A DNA stretch of 64,000 nucleotides from Planctomycetota bacterium. Lineage in GTDB: Bacteria > Planctomycetota > UBA11346. The position numbers and the translations under genes are program-made. A model generated the notes under the pieces. It did not search any database. It saw nothing but the letters and a program-made list of their open reading frames with translations, and was not told the origin of the DNA. Shown here piece after piece: positions 51,201 to 59,648 of the stretch (its first letter is position 1; the number at the start of each line of letters is the position of its first letter). Location of the stretch: contig JBBQSO010000019.1 of the NCBI GenBank assembly GCA_038213805.1, positions 1,114-65,113 on the forward strand, read 5' to 3'.

Positions 51201-52342
51201 TGCTGCACGGCTTGTTCGCCACGATCTACGCACCCTGGTGGTTCCGCCTGCTCGGCGCGCGCATCGGCCGCAACACCGAGATCTCGACCGCCACCGGCGT
51301 CACCCCCGATCTGCTGGTGCTGGGCGACGACAGCTTCGTCGCCGACGGTGCGATGCTGGGCGACGAGCCGGTGCGTGGTGGCATCTTCACGCTTTCCGGA
51401 ACGCGCGTCGGCTCGCGCAGCTTCATCGGCAATGGCGCGTGCGTTCCGGACGGCGCCGATATCCCCAGCGACGTGCTTATCGGCGTGCAGACCCTCACCC
51501 CGGCCAACGCGCGCCTGGCCTCGGGCCAGACCTGGATGGGCAGCCCGCCGATGATCCTGCCGGCGCGCGAGGCGCCCCTCGACTTTCCCGCACACCTGAC
51601 CTTCCGTCCGTCGCCGGCGCGACGGCTGGCGCGAGGCAGCGTCGAGCTGCTGCGCATCGTCGTGCCGCTGGCGTTCATCATCGCCTTCGGCTACGTGGCG
51701 GTGCGCCTGATCATGCCCTATTTCGAAGAGGAGGAGTGGCTGGCGGGCGTGGTGGCGCTCGCGGTTGCCGGCTTCGCCTTCGGCGCCATCGCGCTGGTCG
51801 CCGTGCTGGCGGCGAAGTGGCTGCTGATCGGCCGCTACCGGCCGGGCTCGGCGCCGATGTGGACACTGTTCGTATGGCTCAGCGAGGCGGTGACCACGCT
51901 CTACGAGTCGCTGGCGGTGCCCAACTTCCTCGCCTTCCTGCGCGGCACGCCGCTGCTGCCCTGGGCGCTGCGCCTGTTCGGCACGCGCATCGGCCGCGGC
52001 GCCTGGTTGAACACCACCGACATCACCGAGTTCGACTGCGTCGAGATCGGTGCCGGCGCCGAACTCAACGACGACTGCGGCCCGCAGACCCACCTCTTCG
52101 AGGACCGCGTGATGAAGATCGGCCGGGTACGGATCGGCAACGGCGCGGTGATCGGCGTGCGCAGCACCATCCTCTATGACAGCGAGGTCGGAGCGCGCGT
52201 GCGGCTGGGCCCCCTCACCCTGGTGTCAAAAGGGGAGCGGCTGCCGGAAGGCACCGCCTGGGAAGGGTCGCCTGCGTCACCTGCGGAGGGTGCCGGTCCG
52301 GAATTCCGGAAGTCCGAAAGTCCGGATGTCGGACGGCTCTGA
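48287..52342 (+). CDS. Pls/PosA-family single-module non-ribosomal peptide synthetase (adenylation - thiolation - three tandem membrane-embedded condensation-like domains); putative homopoly(amino acid) synthetase
   Basis: A-domain motifs: 'LSYGALD', 'YVIYTSGSTGRPKG', 'FDMSFEEI', 'NTYGPTEATV', 'GELCIFGPGLASGYL', 'YRTGDMV', 'GRSDDQLKVRGFRVEPGEIE', 'LPAYMVPS', 'SGKVDRKAL'. PCP 'DFFSDLGGHSLTTARL'. There follow three repeats of a TM pair plus a ~200-aa hexapeptide-like soluble domain carrying 'LLGARIGR' motifs, which is the ε-poly-L-lysine-synthetase-type architecture. The start could also be 48242. The last ~15 codons are encoded by a family-A repeat. Confidence 0.75.
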   Translation: MILAGAHRPDLLRAETLPDLFEASARAHPEHPALIAGRRTLSYGALDTAAGRIAHRLLAAGHASPGRIIGLWLPRGADLLTAQLGIAKAGCAWLPFADDAPAQRVAECLRDAGAVALITDAALAASLPAGLEPAPLVVDGLLAELPPGTLPLRREGLGGEHPAYVIYTSGSTGRPKGIVVPQRAICHFLRAENALLGVTRDDRVYQGFSVSFDMSFEEIWISWLVGATLWLAPKTVTTDPDALLAALTGQRITVLHAVPSLVALLPALPACLRLLNLGGEACPQALADRLTVPGRRVFNTYGPTEATVSATFAELRNGAPVTIGGPLPNYGLAIVDEALQPVPAGAPGELCIFGPGLASGYLGRPDLTAERYPQGPFAALPGIERLYRTGDMVQLDGEGALRFLGRSDDQLKVRGFRVEPGEIEEALTAQPGVAAAAVVMRAEAAGEGLVAFLVAAGAADATPTDATERETALRRTLAEALPAYMVPSRFVTVAALPRLPSGKVDRKALRDQVLPALPAAAGGDKPRTLAEASLFAALAPLFPGRALRRGDDFFSDLGGHSLTTARLVSALRADHGFPQAAVRDIYLHRRLDSIAAALEAAGGRVQASAPGPSAWARAHACRRQRWACGLVQTMLLPIPVCVHLATWLAPFFAYHYLTGDEEDSVQLAALLATLVFLAVQVLSFVIAVAAKWLVLGRLRPGRYPLWGVTYLRWWFGEVMAHAAPVYLLNGTPLYRIYLRLLGARIGRDVAIAGVEVAAPDQLEIGDNVAIGTAVSIANARVEDGFLVVGRVVIGAGALVDSYAVLEGDTAVGAGATLGQLSALRAGAKVPAGECWEGAPARYVGADETGVEPQFTPSMPRRIFELAFYPLASAVISAIFFLPVFPAFMVIDAIDARWLDTFDSDTHTLIAAGVYLVLALPAAAVLVVITLFAAALLRRAACPRLEPGSWPIHGAVYYGKWVAAQIQESSLHLLHGLFATIYAPWWFRLLGARIGRNTEISTATGVTPDLLVLGDDSFVADGAMLGDEPVRGGIFTLSGTRVGSRSFIGNGACVPDGADIPSDVLIGVQTLTPANARLASGQTWMGSPPMILPAREAPLDFPAHLTFRPSPARRLARGSVELLRIVVPLAFIIAFGYVAVRLIMPYFEEEEWLAGVVALAVAGFAFGAIALVAVLAAKWLLIGRYRPGSAPMWTLFVWLSEAVTTLYESLAVPNFLAFLRGTPLLPWALRLFGTRIGRGAWLNTTDITEFDCVEIGAGAELNDDCGPQTHLFEDRVMKIGRVRIGNGAVIGVRSTILYDSEVGARVRLGPLTLVSKGERLPEGTAWEGSPASPAEGAGPEFRKSESPDVGRL

Positions 52343-52452
52343 CTCCCCGCCGTGCGAAGCGTGCACGACGGCGCGCGGGGATGGGCGCAGCAGCGCGACC
52401 ATCCCCGCACCACGAGACTTCCGGACCTCCGGACCCCGGACTTCCGGACTGC
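52295..52452. repeat. Composite palindromic element, family A (TCCGGAAGTCCG arms with a central GGGGATGG...CCATCCCC palindrome)
   Basis: Left arm ggtccggaattccggaagtccgaaagtccggatgtcggac. Right arm gacttccggacctccggaccccggacttccggac. Lies between the convergent pls-like and dksA-like genes. Confidence 0.8.
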
Positions 52453-52505
52453 CCGCAAACGCGACAACCCCGGCCGATGGCCGGGGTTTTCGCGTTTGCG
52501 GACCC

Positions 52506-53129
52506 TCACTCGTCGGCGAGCAGGTCCTCGACGGTCAGGTTGTTCTTCTCGAGATGGGTCGCACCCTCGATCGAGAGCGGGGTCCACGGGATGAGCTGGA
52601 GCCGGGTGCGGGGGATCGGCTCCTTGGTGTACTCGCACAGGCCGTAGGGCATCGGGTGGCTGATGTCGATCTTGCGCAGCGCGCGATCGATCTGCCAGAC
52701 CACGTCCTTCTCTTCACCGGCCACACCCAGGCTGAGATCCTGGAGGTCGGCGTCACTGCCGCGCTCGGCGATGTGGTTCGGGGTGGTGTGGCCGTCCTCG
52801 GCCTCCATCGCATCCTTGACCAGGCCGGCGATGTCGTCGGTGATCTCGGCCCGGCGCGAGAGCAGGATCTGCTTCCACTTCGACAGCTCGTCGGCGCCGA
52901 ATGGGGCCTTGAAGACCTCCTTCGCCTTGACCGCGACCTTGGCGACCGGCTTGCTCGCCTTGGTGGCGGCGCTGCTGCTACTGGCGGCGGGGGCGCTGAC
53001 CGTGCTGGCGGCCTTGGCCGTAGCGACGGCCTTGCCCGAGCTGGTGGCCTTGCCCTTGCTCTCCTTCGCGGATTCCTTCACGGATTCCTTCACGGATGCT
53101 TTGGCGGACTCTTTGGTGGACTTGGCCAT
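52506..53129 (-). CDS. DksA/TraR-family protein with a degenerate zinc finger and a Lys/Ala-rich histone-H1-like N-terminal tail
   Basis: C-terminus 'LCEYTKEPIPRTRLQLIPWTPLSIEG' aligns with the DksA 'CEECGEEIPEARLKAIPWARLCIDC' motif, with three of four Cys replaced. Coiled-coil 'DLQDLSLGVAGEEKDVVWQIDRALRKI'. N-terminus 'MAKSTKESAKASVKESVKESAKESKGKA...AKVAVKAKE'. Strong SD GGAGGAG. Confidence 0.55.
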   Translation of the reverse strand: MAKSTKESAKASVKESVKESAKESKGKATSSGKAVATAKAASTVSAPAASSSSAATKASKPVAKVAVKAKEVFKAPFGADELSKWKQILLSRRAEITDDIAGLVKDAMEAEDGHTTPNHIAERGSDADLQDLSLGVAGEEKDVVWQIDRALRKIDISHPMPYGLCEYTKEPIPRTRLQLIPWTPLSIEGATHLEKNNLTVEDLLADE

Positions 53130-53296
53130 TTTTCGATCTCCTCCCGAGCGAGGGCGCACACCATAAAGCGATGGATGGGTGTTCAAGCCTGAATCGGCCG
53201 ACCCTGTCCGAGCTTGGCCGCTCACCACAGACGAACCACCTCGGCAGCTGCGGCGGATGACGTAGACATGCTGATGGCACGGCGTAAGAGAGGGCG

Positions 53297-54394
53297 GTGA
53301 ATAACGCTGAAGTCATCGGTGGAGTGCCGTTGGTATCCGTCATCGGGACGCCCCGGACCATGGGCGAGCGCCTCGGGGCGCGACTCAAGCCGCGCCTTCA
53401 GGTGTTGTCCCAGTATCTCGCCGAGCAGCTCTGCACGCTGTCCGCGTCGAATGGGCAGGCGCTCAATCCCGAACGGCTGCGCGACCTCATCCGCCCAAGC
53501 ATCGCGGTCATCGCCCGCCACGAACCGTCGCTGTGGATGGAATTCGAGGCGATGAGCCAGGCCAGCGACGTGGCGGTCGAGGACCTGCTGGTCATTCACG
53601 GCTACAGCGACCTGCTCAGCTTCATGCAGTGCCAGCTGCCGCCGCGGCCCAGCACTTTCGTGTGCCTCGACTCCAGCCATACCGCGGATGGCAAACCGTG
53701 CATGGCCTTCGCCTGGTACCTCGATCCCGCGCTGCTGCCCTACCTGACGCTGATGCGCCGCATCCCCTCGCATGGACCCGCCACGCTCACCCTGACGCTG
53801 GCCGGCCTGCACCCGGTCGCCGGCCTGTCCGAGGCCGGGGTCGCGGTGGCCTGCAACGAGTTGCGCGTGCGCGACGGCGCCTGCGGGCATTTCACCAGCC
53901 ACCTGCTGTCGTCGATGCTCACCGCGCCCAGCCTGGAGGACGCGCTGCGCCGCGGCCTGGCCGCGCCGCGCCACGGCGGCGGCGCGGTGCACGGCCTGGC
54001 CGCGAACGGCGAGCGCTTCAGCCTCGAGCTGAGTGGCCAACAGGCCACGCGCCTGGCCGATCCGCTGGCAGCGGCGCCGCGCGTGCACACCAACCACCCG
54101 CTCGACGAGCAGATCATCCCCACCGTGGTGCTGGTGGAGGCGACCAGCAAGAGCCGCCTGGAAGACACCGCCAACCTCGCCGTCGGCAGCACCGGCACCA
54201 CGCCGCATACCATCGGCGAGTGGTTCGGTCTGACCCGTGAGCCGGGCAGCACGCGCATCGCGCTGGCGCGCACCGATGCCGAGGGCGAGCACAGCACCGA
54301 CGCGGTCGTGGTGATCGTGCTCTGCCCGGGGGCGGGCGAGATCCACCTGCGTCGCAGCGGCATGCCCGGGCGCATGGAGACCATCAGGCTGTGA
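53297..54394 (+). CDS. Hypothetical protein, possibly Ntn-hydrolase/C45-like
   Basis: 365 aa. 'FVCLDSSHTADGKPCMAFAWYLDP' weakly resembles the C45 acyltransferase/hydrolase nucleophile region. Otherwise unassigned. Confidence 0.3.
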   Translation: MNNAEVIGGVPLVSVIGTPRTMGERLGARLKPRLQVLSQYLAEQLCTLSASNGQALNPERLRDLIRPSIAVIARHEPSLWMEFEAMSQASDVAVEDLLVIHGYSDLLSFMQCQLPPRPSTFVCLDSSHTADGKPCMAFAWYLDPALLPYLTLMRRIPSHGPATLTLTLAGLHPVAGLSEAGVAVACNELRVRDGACGHFTSHLLSSMLTAPSLEDALRRGLAAPRHGGGAVHGLAANGERFSLELSGQQATRLADPLAAAPRVHTNHPLDEQIIPTVVLVEATSKSRLEDTANLAVGSTGTTPHTIGEWFGLTREPGSTRIALARTDAEGEHSTDAVVVIVLCPGAGEIHLRRSGMPGRMETIRL

Positions 54395-54396
54395 CT

Positions 54397-54438
54397 GGGG
54401 GTCCGGAAGTTCCGGAGTCCGGAAGTCCGGAAGTCGGG
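54397..54438. repeat. Family A repeat fragment (GTCCGGAAGTTCCGGAGTCCGGAAGTCCGGAAGTCGGGAC)
   Basis: Direct reading. A single arm without an obvious inverted partner. Lies in the 5' region of the lpxK ORF. Confidence 0.7.
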
Positions 54439-54474
54439 ACGGGCGAGGCGCGGCAGTGGACCACGCCGCCGCTG

Positions 54475-55530
54475 GTGCGCGTACGTGGACGCTGGAAGGA
54501 GGACCTGCCCGGTACTCCATGGCGCTGGCTGCTGCTGCCGGCGTGGTGCGCCTACCGACCCGCGGTGGCGCTGCGCGGCCTGGCCTACGACCTCGGTTGG
54601 CGACCAGTGCTGCGCCTGGGTGTGCCAGTTATCTCGATCGGCAATCTGACCGCAGGCGGCACCGGCAAGACCCCGCTCGCGCGCCTGGTCGCCGAGACCT
54701 GCCGCGCCGCCGGCCATGCGCCTGCGGTGCTGGCACGCGGCTACCGCGCCGGCGCGGATGGGCGCAACGAGGAGGCCGAGCTGATGGGCGGCATCCCAGT
54801 GGAGTGCGACCCCGACCGCGTCAGCGGCGGCCAGCGCGCGCTCAAGGCCGGCGCCACCTGCCTGATCCTGGACGACGGTTTCCAGCATCGTCGGCTGCAC
54901 CGCGACCTCGACCTGGTGGTGATCGACGCGACCCGCCCGTGGGGCGGCGGCGTGCTGCCTCTCGGCTATGCGCGCGAAGGCCGCGCCGGGCTGGCGCGCG
55001 TGCAGGCCTTCGCGCTGACGCGCCTGCACCTGGTGCCGGCTGCCGAGCGCTTGGCGGTGGAACGCACGCTTGCCACCTTCAACCGGCCGGTGCTGCGCAT
55101 CGCCGATGCTGAGGCCTGCCTCAGCGCGCTGATCGGTGGCGGCATGGCGCCGCCCGCCGCGCTCGCCGGGCAGCCGGTGCTGCTCGCCAGCGGCCTGGGC
55201 AACCCACTCGGCTTCGAGCGCAGCGCGGCCGCGCACGGCTGGACGGTACGCGCCAGCGTACGCTTCCCCGACCACTGGAGCTTCGACGCCGCCGATGCGC
55301 GCCGGCTCGCGGCCCGCGCCGCCGCTGCCGGCGCGACCCTGGTGGTGACGCGCAAGGACGCGGTGAAGCTCGCCCCGTTGTGGTCCGCCGCCTGCGTCGC
55401 TGCGGGGGTCGCGCCCCCTGCATTCGCCCTCGACGTACGCGCTGCCGTGGTCCCGGCAGATCGCCCCACTCTCGCCGCCCTGGTCACGTCCGCCCTCGCT
55501 GCGGTGCCTCCACCCTCGGTGCCACGCTGA
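54475..55530 (+). CDS. lpxK: Tetraacyldisaccharide 4'-kinase
   Basis: 'VPVISIGNLTAGGTGKTPLARLV' is the canonical LpxK P-loop, and 'LILDDGFQHRRL' is present. The ORF runs from GTG 54391 (GTGA overlap) but its first ~28 codons are the repeat, so GTG 54475 is proposed; the start is uncertain. Confidence 0.75.
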   Translation: MRVRGRWKEDLPGTPWRWLLLPAWCAYRPAVALRGLAYDLGWRPVLRLGVPVISIGNLTAGGTGKTPLARLVAETCRAAGHAPAVLARGYRAGADGRNEEAELMGGIPVECDPDRVSGGQRALKAGATCLILDDGFQHRRLHRDLDLVVIDATRPWGGGVLPLGYAREGRAGLARVQAFALTRLHLVPAAERLAVERTLATFNRPVLRIADAEACLSALIGGGMAPPAALAGQPVLLASGLGNPLGFERSAAAHGWTVRASVRFPDHWSFDAADARRLAARAAAAGATLVVTRKDAVKLAPLWSAACVAAGVAPPAFALDVRAAVVPADRPTLAALVTSALAAVPPPSVPR

Positions 55531-55628
55531 TGACCCGGGTCTCCAGAGCCGCGCGTCTCGCGCCTCTCCACGACATTGGCATCCCCGACTTGCCGCCTAG
55601 ACTCAAGCCACGATCCCGGAGTGAGCCC

Positions 55629-57479
55629 ATGACCCGCATCCGCCCGCTTCCGTCCCTCGCCATGGTGCTGTGCGCCAGCGCGCTGCTGCCTGCTGCGGCG
55701 CACGCCGCCGAGGGCGACGATATCGTGCTGCTCTACACCAGCCGGCTCGCCAACACCCTCACGCTCGACAAGATCACCGACCCCGCCACGGTCGCCAAGG
55801 CGCGTTTCTTCATCACCACCGATGGCGGGAAGTCATGGGCGCTGGCGCAGGAGACGGTGGTCGCCCCGCAGCCCGGCGCCAAGCCTGAGCTGCCACGCTT
55901 CGCCTTCACCGCGCCCAAGGACGGCATGTATGGCGTGATGACCTGCGTCACCTATCGCGATGGCCACGCCGAGCCCGAACCGCGGGCGGGCCAGGCGCCG
56001 CTCTACGCGCTGGTCGTCGACACCATCCCACCGGTGGTGGTGCGCCTCGCCGCCACGCTCACTTCGCGCAGCGCCGCCACCGCGGTGGTGCACTGCGCGT
56101 GGAGCGCGATCGACGCCAACCTCGCCGACGATCCGGTGACCATCGAGGCGAGCATCGACGATGGCGCGCACTTCACTCCGCTCTTCCATGGGCCCGGCTC
56201 GGGCGAGAACGACCTCGCGATTCCGATCAGCGTGAAGACCGCGATGATCGCGGTGCGGCTCACCGCCATCGACCGCACCCATGCCGTGACCATCTCGCCC
56301 AACCAGATCGTGCCGCTGAGCGACGAGGCCAAAGCACTGGTGGCGGCCGCGACCCCGGCCGCTGCGCCCGTGACGGCGCCCGTTGCGGCGCCCCTGGCTG
56401 CGGCGCCCGGCGCGGCGGCCGCGCCAACGCCCGTCGCCGCGCCGGCCCCGCCGGACGTCAGTGCGCAGGCCAAGGCGCAACTCGCCAAGGCAGCGGCGGA
56501 ACTCGGCGGCCTCGGCACCGCGCCAGGAACGGCCCAGGCCACGCCCGCCGCGGGCACCACCCCAGCCGCCGCACCGGTGGCGCCTGCTGCACAGGCCGCG
56601 CCGCCCGCTCCCGTTGCTGCGCCGGCAGCCACTCCGGTGGCGGTCGCGGCCCCAGTTCCCGTCGCGCCCAGCGCAAGCCCCACTCCGGCGACTCCCGCCA
56701 CCGCCCCGGCAGCACCCGCAGCGGCAGAGCCGAACACGGTTGTCACCAGCGCGACTCCACCACCGATCGCGGCCGCCGACCCGCTCCCCGCACCGGCAGC
56801 GACCCCCGCGCCCGCACTCGCACCGTTGGCTGCCCTCGATCCGGCGCCCAGTCCGAAGCGACCCACGGCGGCTGCGCCGGCGGCTGCGCCGGCTCCGACA
56901 CCTGCGCCCGTCGCGGCCATCGTGCGTCCCGTCCCGCCGCCTGCGCCCGCGGCCCCGGTCACCGCGCCGCAACCCACGGTGCCGGTGATCGTCGACGGTC
57001 AGCGCACGGCGCCGGAGATCGGCGCGTTCATCGGCGGTCCCGAGGCCAAGCAGTTGCTCGACGATGCGCGCACCGCCGCGCGCCTCGATCACATCGACGA
57101 ATCCTGCGACCTCTACGAGCGCCTGCTCGCCAGCCCCTATTCCCGTCCGGCGAGCGGCGAAGAGGTCAAGCTGCTGGTCAAGGCCGGACGACCGCGCGAC
57201 GTGGTGACCCTGGTCGACAGCCTACCCATCGAACTGCATGGCGACGCAGTGCGCCTCGAACACGGCCGTTGCCTGCTCGCCCTCGGCAAGACCGACGCGG
57301 CGGTGGCGGCCCTCACCGGCGTGCGTGGCGGTGCGCCCGAGAGCCGCGAAGCGTTCTACCTGATCGCTCGCGCCTACGCCGTGAAGGGGCGGACCGCGGA
57401 GAGTCGCAAACTGCTGGAGTACCTTGCGGGTGGCACCGATGCCGTGGCCGCAGCCGCCAGCGCGGACCTGAAGCGTTGA
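55629..57479 (+). CDS. Secreted protein with a long Ala/Pro-rich low-complexity linker and a C-terminal TPR-like helical region
   Basis: Signal peptide 'MTRIRPLPSLAMVLCASALLPAAAHAA'. About 250 aa of (P/A/T/V) repeats. C-terminal 'LYERLLASPYSRP...EAFYLIARAYAVKGR' TPR-like helices. Confidence 0.45.
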   Translation: MTRIRPLPSLAMVLCASALLPAAAHAAEGDDIVLLYTSRLANTLTLDKITDPATVAKARFFITTDGGKSWALAQETVVAPQPGAKPELPRFAFTAPKDGMYGVMTCVTYRDGHAEPEPRAGQAPLYALVVDTIPPVVVRLAATLTSRSAATAVVHCAWSAIDANLADDPVTIEASIDDGAHFTPLFHGPGSGENDLAIPISVKTAMIAVRLTAIDRTHAVTISPNQIVPLSDEAKALVAAATPAAAPVTAPVAAPLAAAPGAAAAPTPVAAPAPPDVSAQAKAQLAKAAAELGGLGTAPGTAQATPAAGTTPAAAPVAPAAQAAPPAPVAAPAATPVAVAAPVPVAPSASPTPATPATAPAAPAAAEPNTVVTSATPPPIAAADPLPAPAATPAPALAPLAALDPAPSPKRPTAAAPAAAPAPTPAPVAAIVRPVPPPAPAAPVTAPQPTVPVIVDGQRTAPEIGAFIGGPEAKQLLDDARTAARLDHIDESCDLYERLLASPYSRPASGEEVKLLVKAGRPRDVVTLVDSLPIELHGDAVRLEHGRCLLALGKTDAAVAALTGVRGGAPESREAFYLIARAYAVKGRTAESRKLLEYLAGGTDAVAAAASADLKR

Positions 57480-57481
57480 GC

Positions 57482-58459
57482 ATGCAGCCGCGCTACCTCG
57501 CGGCCGGAGAACCGCCACCGCCAGCGACGCTGGTGGTGGACTGCGCGGCCGCGGGCGGCGTGGCGACCTACAGCCATTGGCGTGGGGCCCCGGCGGCGCC
57601 GCGCGAACTCGCCGCCGATACCAGCACTGCGATGGTGGTGGCCGCGGCGCGCGAGCCGGCACGCTGGCTGACCGGCTTCGCCTGGGTGGCCAACGACCAC
57701 ATCGATGCCGACGGCCTGCTCGCGATGGCGCTGGCCTGCCGCCCGGAGCTGGCCGTGCGCCACGCCGCCCTGCTGATCGGCGCGGCCGAGGCCGGCGACT
57801 TCGCGGCGTGGCCGGGCGCGCCAGCGTTCCGCCTGATGCTGCGCCTGCACCAGCTCATCCGTGCCGAACAGACGGTCGGCGGAGCCTGGCAGCAGCGCTG
57901 CTGTGCGCGCGCCGCCGCGGATCTCGAAGCGCTCATCGCCGAGAGCGCGCAGAGCGATCCCGCGCGCGATGCGCAAGTCACGCAGGTTGAGGCGACGCGC
58001 GCGCGCCTGGCCGCCGGCGATGGCTTCCGCGTGATGCGCGGTGGCCGACTTGCGACCATCGCCTGGCAGTGCCGGCTCGGTCACGCCTGGGATGCCTTCC
58101 TGGGCGTGCACCAGCCCGACGACCTGCCGATCAGCGCGCTCGATGGCGTGGCACCGGCCGCGACCTGGCAGCTGCTCGCCGAACGCAGCGCGGGTGGCAC
58201 GGTCTACGTGCTTGACGCGCCGCGCCATGCCTGGGCGCAGACCGTGCACCGTCCCGCGGTGGCGATCCCGGATTTTACGCGCCTGGCCGGAGACCTTCAG
58301 CGCCGCGAATCGGGCGGCTGCCGCTGGGTGGCGCGCCCGGCCGCCGCTCAGGTCGGCTTCAACTGCCACCTCGCCTCGTGCGACGGCCAGGGCCTGCCGG
58401 TGGCTTCGGGCCTGCCGGTGGAGTCGATCGCAGCGGCGGTGGAGGCGGCCTTGGCGTAG
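57482..58459 (+). CDS. Hypothetical protein
   Basis: 325 aa with coding-like composition. No recognisable motifs. Confidence 0.35.
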   Translation: MQPRYLAAGEPPPPATLVVDCAAAGGVATYSHWRGAPAAPRELAADTSTAMVVAAAREPARWLTGFAWVANDHIDADGLLAMALACRPELAVRHAALLIGAAEAGDFAAWPGAPAFRLMLRLHQLIRAEQTVGGAWQQRCCARAAADLEALIAESAQSDPARDAQVTQVEATRARLAAGDGFRVMRGGRLATIAWQCRLGHAWDAFLGVHQPDDLPISALDGVAPAATWQLLAERSAGGTVYVLDAPRHAWAQTVHRPAVAIPDFTRLAGDLQRRESGGCRWVARPAAAQVGFNCHLASCDGQGLPVASGLPVESIAAAVEAALA

Positions 58460-58497
58460 CGCCAATCCACGCCACCATGCGCACCGCCGAGGTGCCC

Positions 58498-59442
58498 ATG
58501 GCCGACCACGCCGCCGACATCATTCACACTGCCAGCATGCGCAGCCGCTCCCTCGCCTGCGTCGGTCTCGACCCGCGCCCGGCGCTGCTGCCGCCGGCGC
58601 TGGTCGCCGCCGCCTTGCGCGAACACGGCGACACCCAGCGCGCCGTCGCCGCCGCCTTCCTGACCTTCAACCGCGGCCTGCTCGCGGCGGTCGCCGGCGC
58701 CTGCGCCGCAGTCAAGCCGCAGGCGGCCTGCTACGAGGCCTACGGCGCCGCCGGTGTGCAATGCCTGGCCGAAACCGTCGCCGAAGCGCGGCGCCTGGCC
58801 ATCCCGGTGATCATGGACGCCAAGCGCGGCGACATCGGCTCGACCGCGGAGCACTACCAGCAGGCCTACCTCGGCGCTGCGCCCGGCCTGGGTGGCGCTG
58901 CGCTGCGCGGCATGGACGCCGACTGGCTGACCATCAACGGCTACCTCGGTTCTGACGGCGTGAAGCCCTTCCTGGGCGCGCCGGGCACCGGGGTGTTCGT
59001 GCTGGTGAAGACCAGCAATCCCTCGTCGGGCGACCTCCAGGACGTGCCGCTCGCCGCCGGCGTGCAGCGCAGTGGCGCGGCAGAGCCGGCCGCGGCCGCG
59101 ATGGAGCTGATGGCCCAGCTGGTTGCCGAATGGGGCCGTGGGCGCACCGGTCGCTGCGGCCTGAACGATGTCGGCGCCGTGGTCGGCGCCACCTACCCTG
59201 ACCAGGCGCGGCGCCTGCGCCGGCTGATGCCGGAGACGCTGTTCCTGGTGCCTGGCTACGGCGCCCAGGGCGGCAGCGCCGCCGACGCCCTCGCCGGCGC
59301 GCGCAACGACGGCGGTGGCGTACTGATCAACTCCAGCCGCGGCATCATTGCCGCGTGGCAGAAGCCGATGGCCAGCGACTGGGCGGCCGCGGCGCGCGGT
59401 GCGCTCGACGCGATGAACCGCGACCTGGCGGCGGCTCTCTGA
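58498..59442 (+). CDS. pyrF: Orotidine 5'-phosphate decarboxylase, type 2 (long form)
   Basis: 'LACVGLDPRP', 'IPVIMDAKRGDIGSTAEHY', 'DWLTINGYLGSDGVKPF', 'LFLVPGYGAQGG' are the subfamily-2 OMP decarboxylase motifs. Confidence 0.8.
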   Translation: MADHAADIIHTASMRSRSLACVGLDPRPALLPPALVAAALREHGDTQRAVAAAFLTFNRGLLAAVAGACAAVKPQAACYEAYGAAGVQCLAETVAEARRLAIPVIMDAKRGDIGSTAEHYQQAYLGAAPGLGGAALRGMDADWLTINGYLGSDGVKPFLGAPGTGVFVLVKTSNPSSGDLQDVPLAAGVQRSGAAEPAAAAMELMAQLVAEWGRGRTGRCGLNDVGAVVGATYPDQARRLRRLMPETLFLVPGYGAQGGSAADALAGARNDGGGVLINSSRGIIAAWQKPMASDWAAAARGALDAMNRDLAAAL

Positions 59443-59444
59443 TC

Positions 59445-59648
59445 CGGTCGGGACGGAACCGGACGGCCGGATAGAACAGGAGCCGCGGAGACGCAGAGAT
59501 CGGCGGAGGACGGCCGCTCGAAGGTTTGCGGTCGTTGCTGTGCCGTGGAGAGCGCACGGGACCCGGCCGCCATCGCCTGCTCAAGGCTCTGCGTCTCCGC
59601 GCCTCTTGTTCTATCCGGCTGTCGGCAGTAGGCAGTCGGAAGTCGGAC
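59445..59648. repeat. Composite palindromic element, family B (inverted CCGGATAGAACA(G/A)GAG...GGAGACGCAGAG arms, ~90-bp spacer)
   Basis: Left arm ccggatagaacaggagccgcggagacgcagag. Right arm ctctgcgtctccgcgcctcttgttctatccgg, followed by a gtcggaagtcggac tail that links it to family A. Lies between pyrF and convergent ilvE. Confidence 0.8.
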
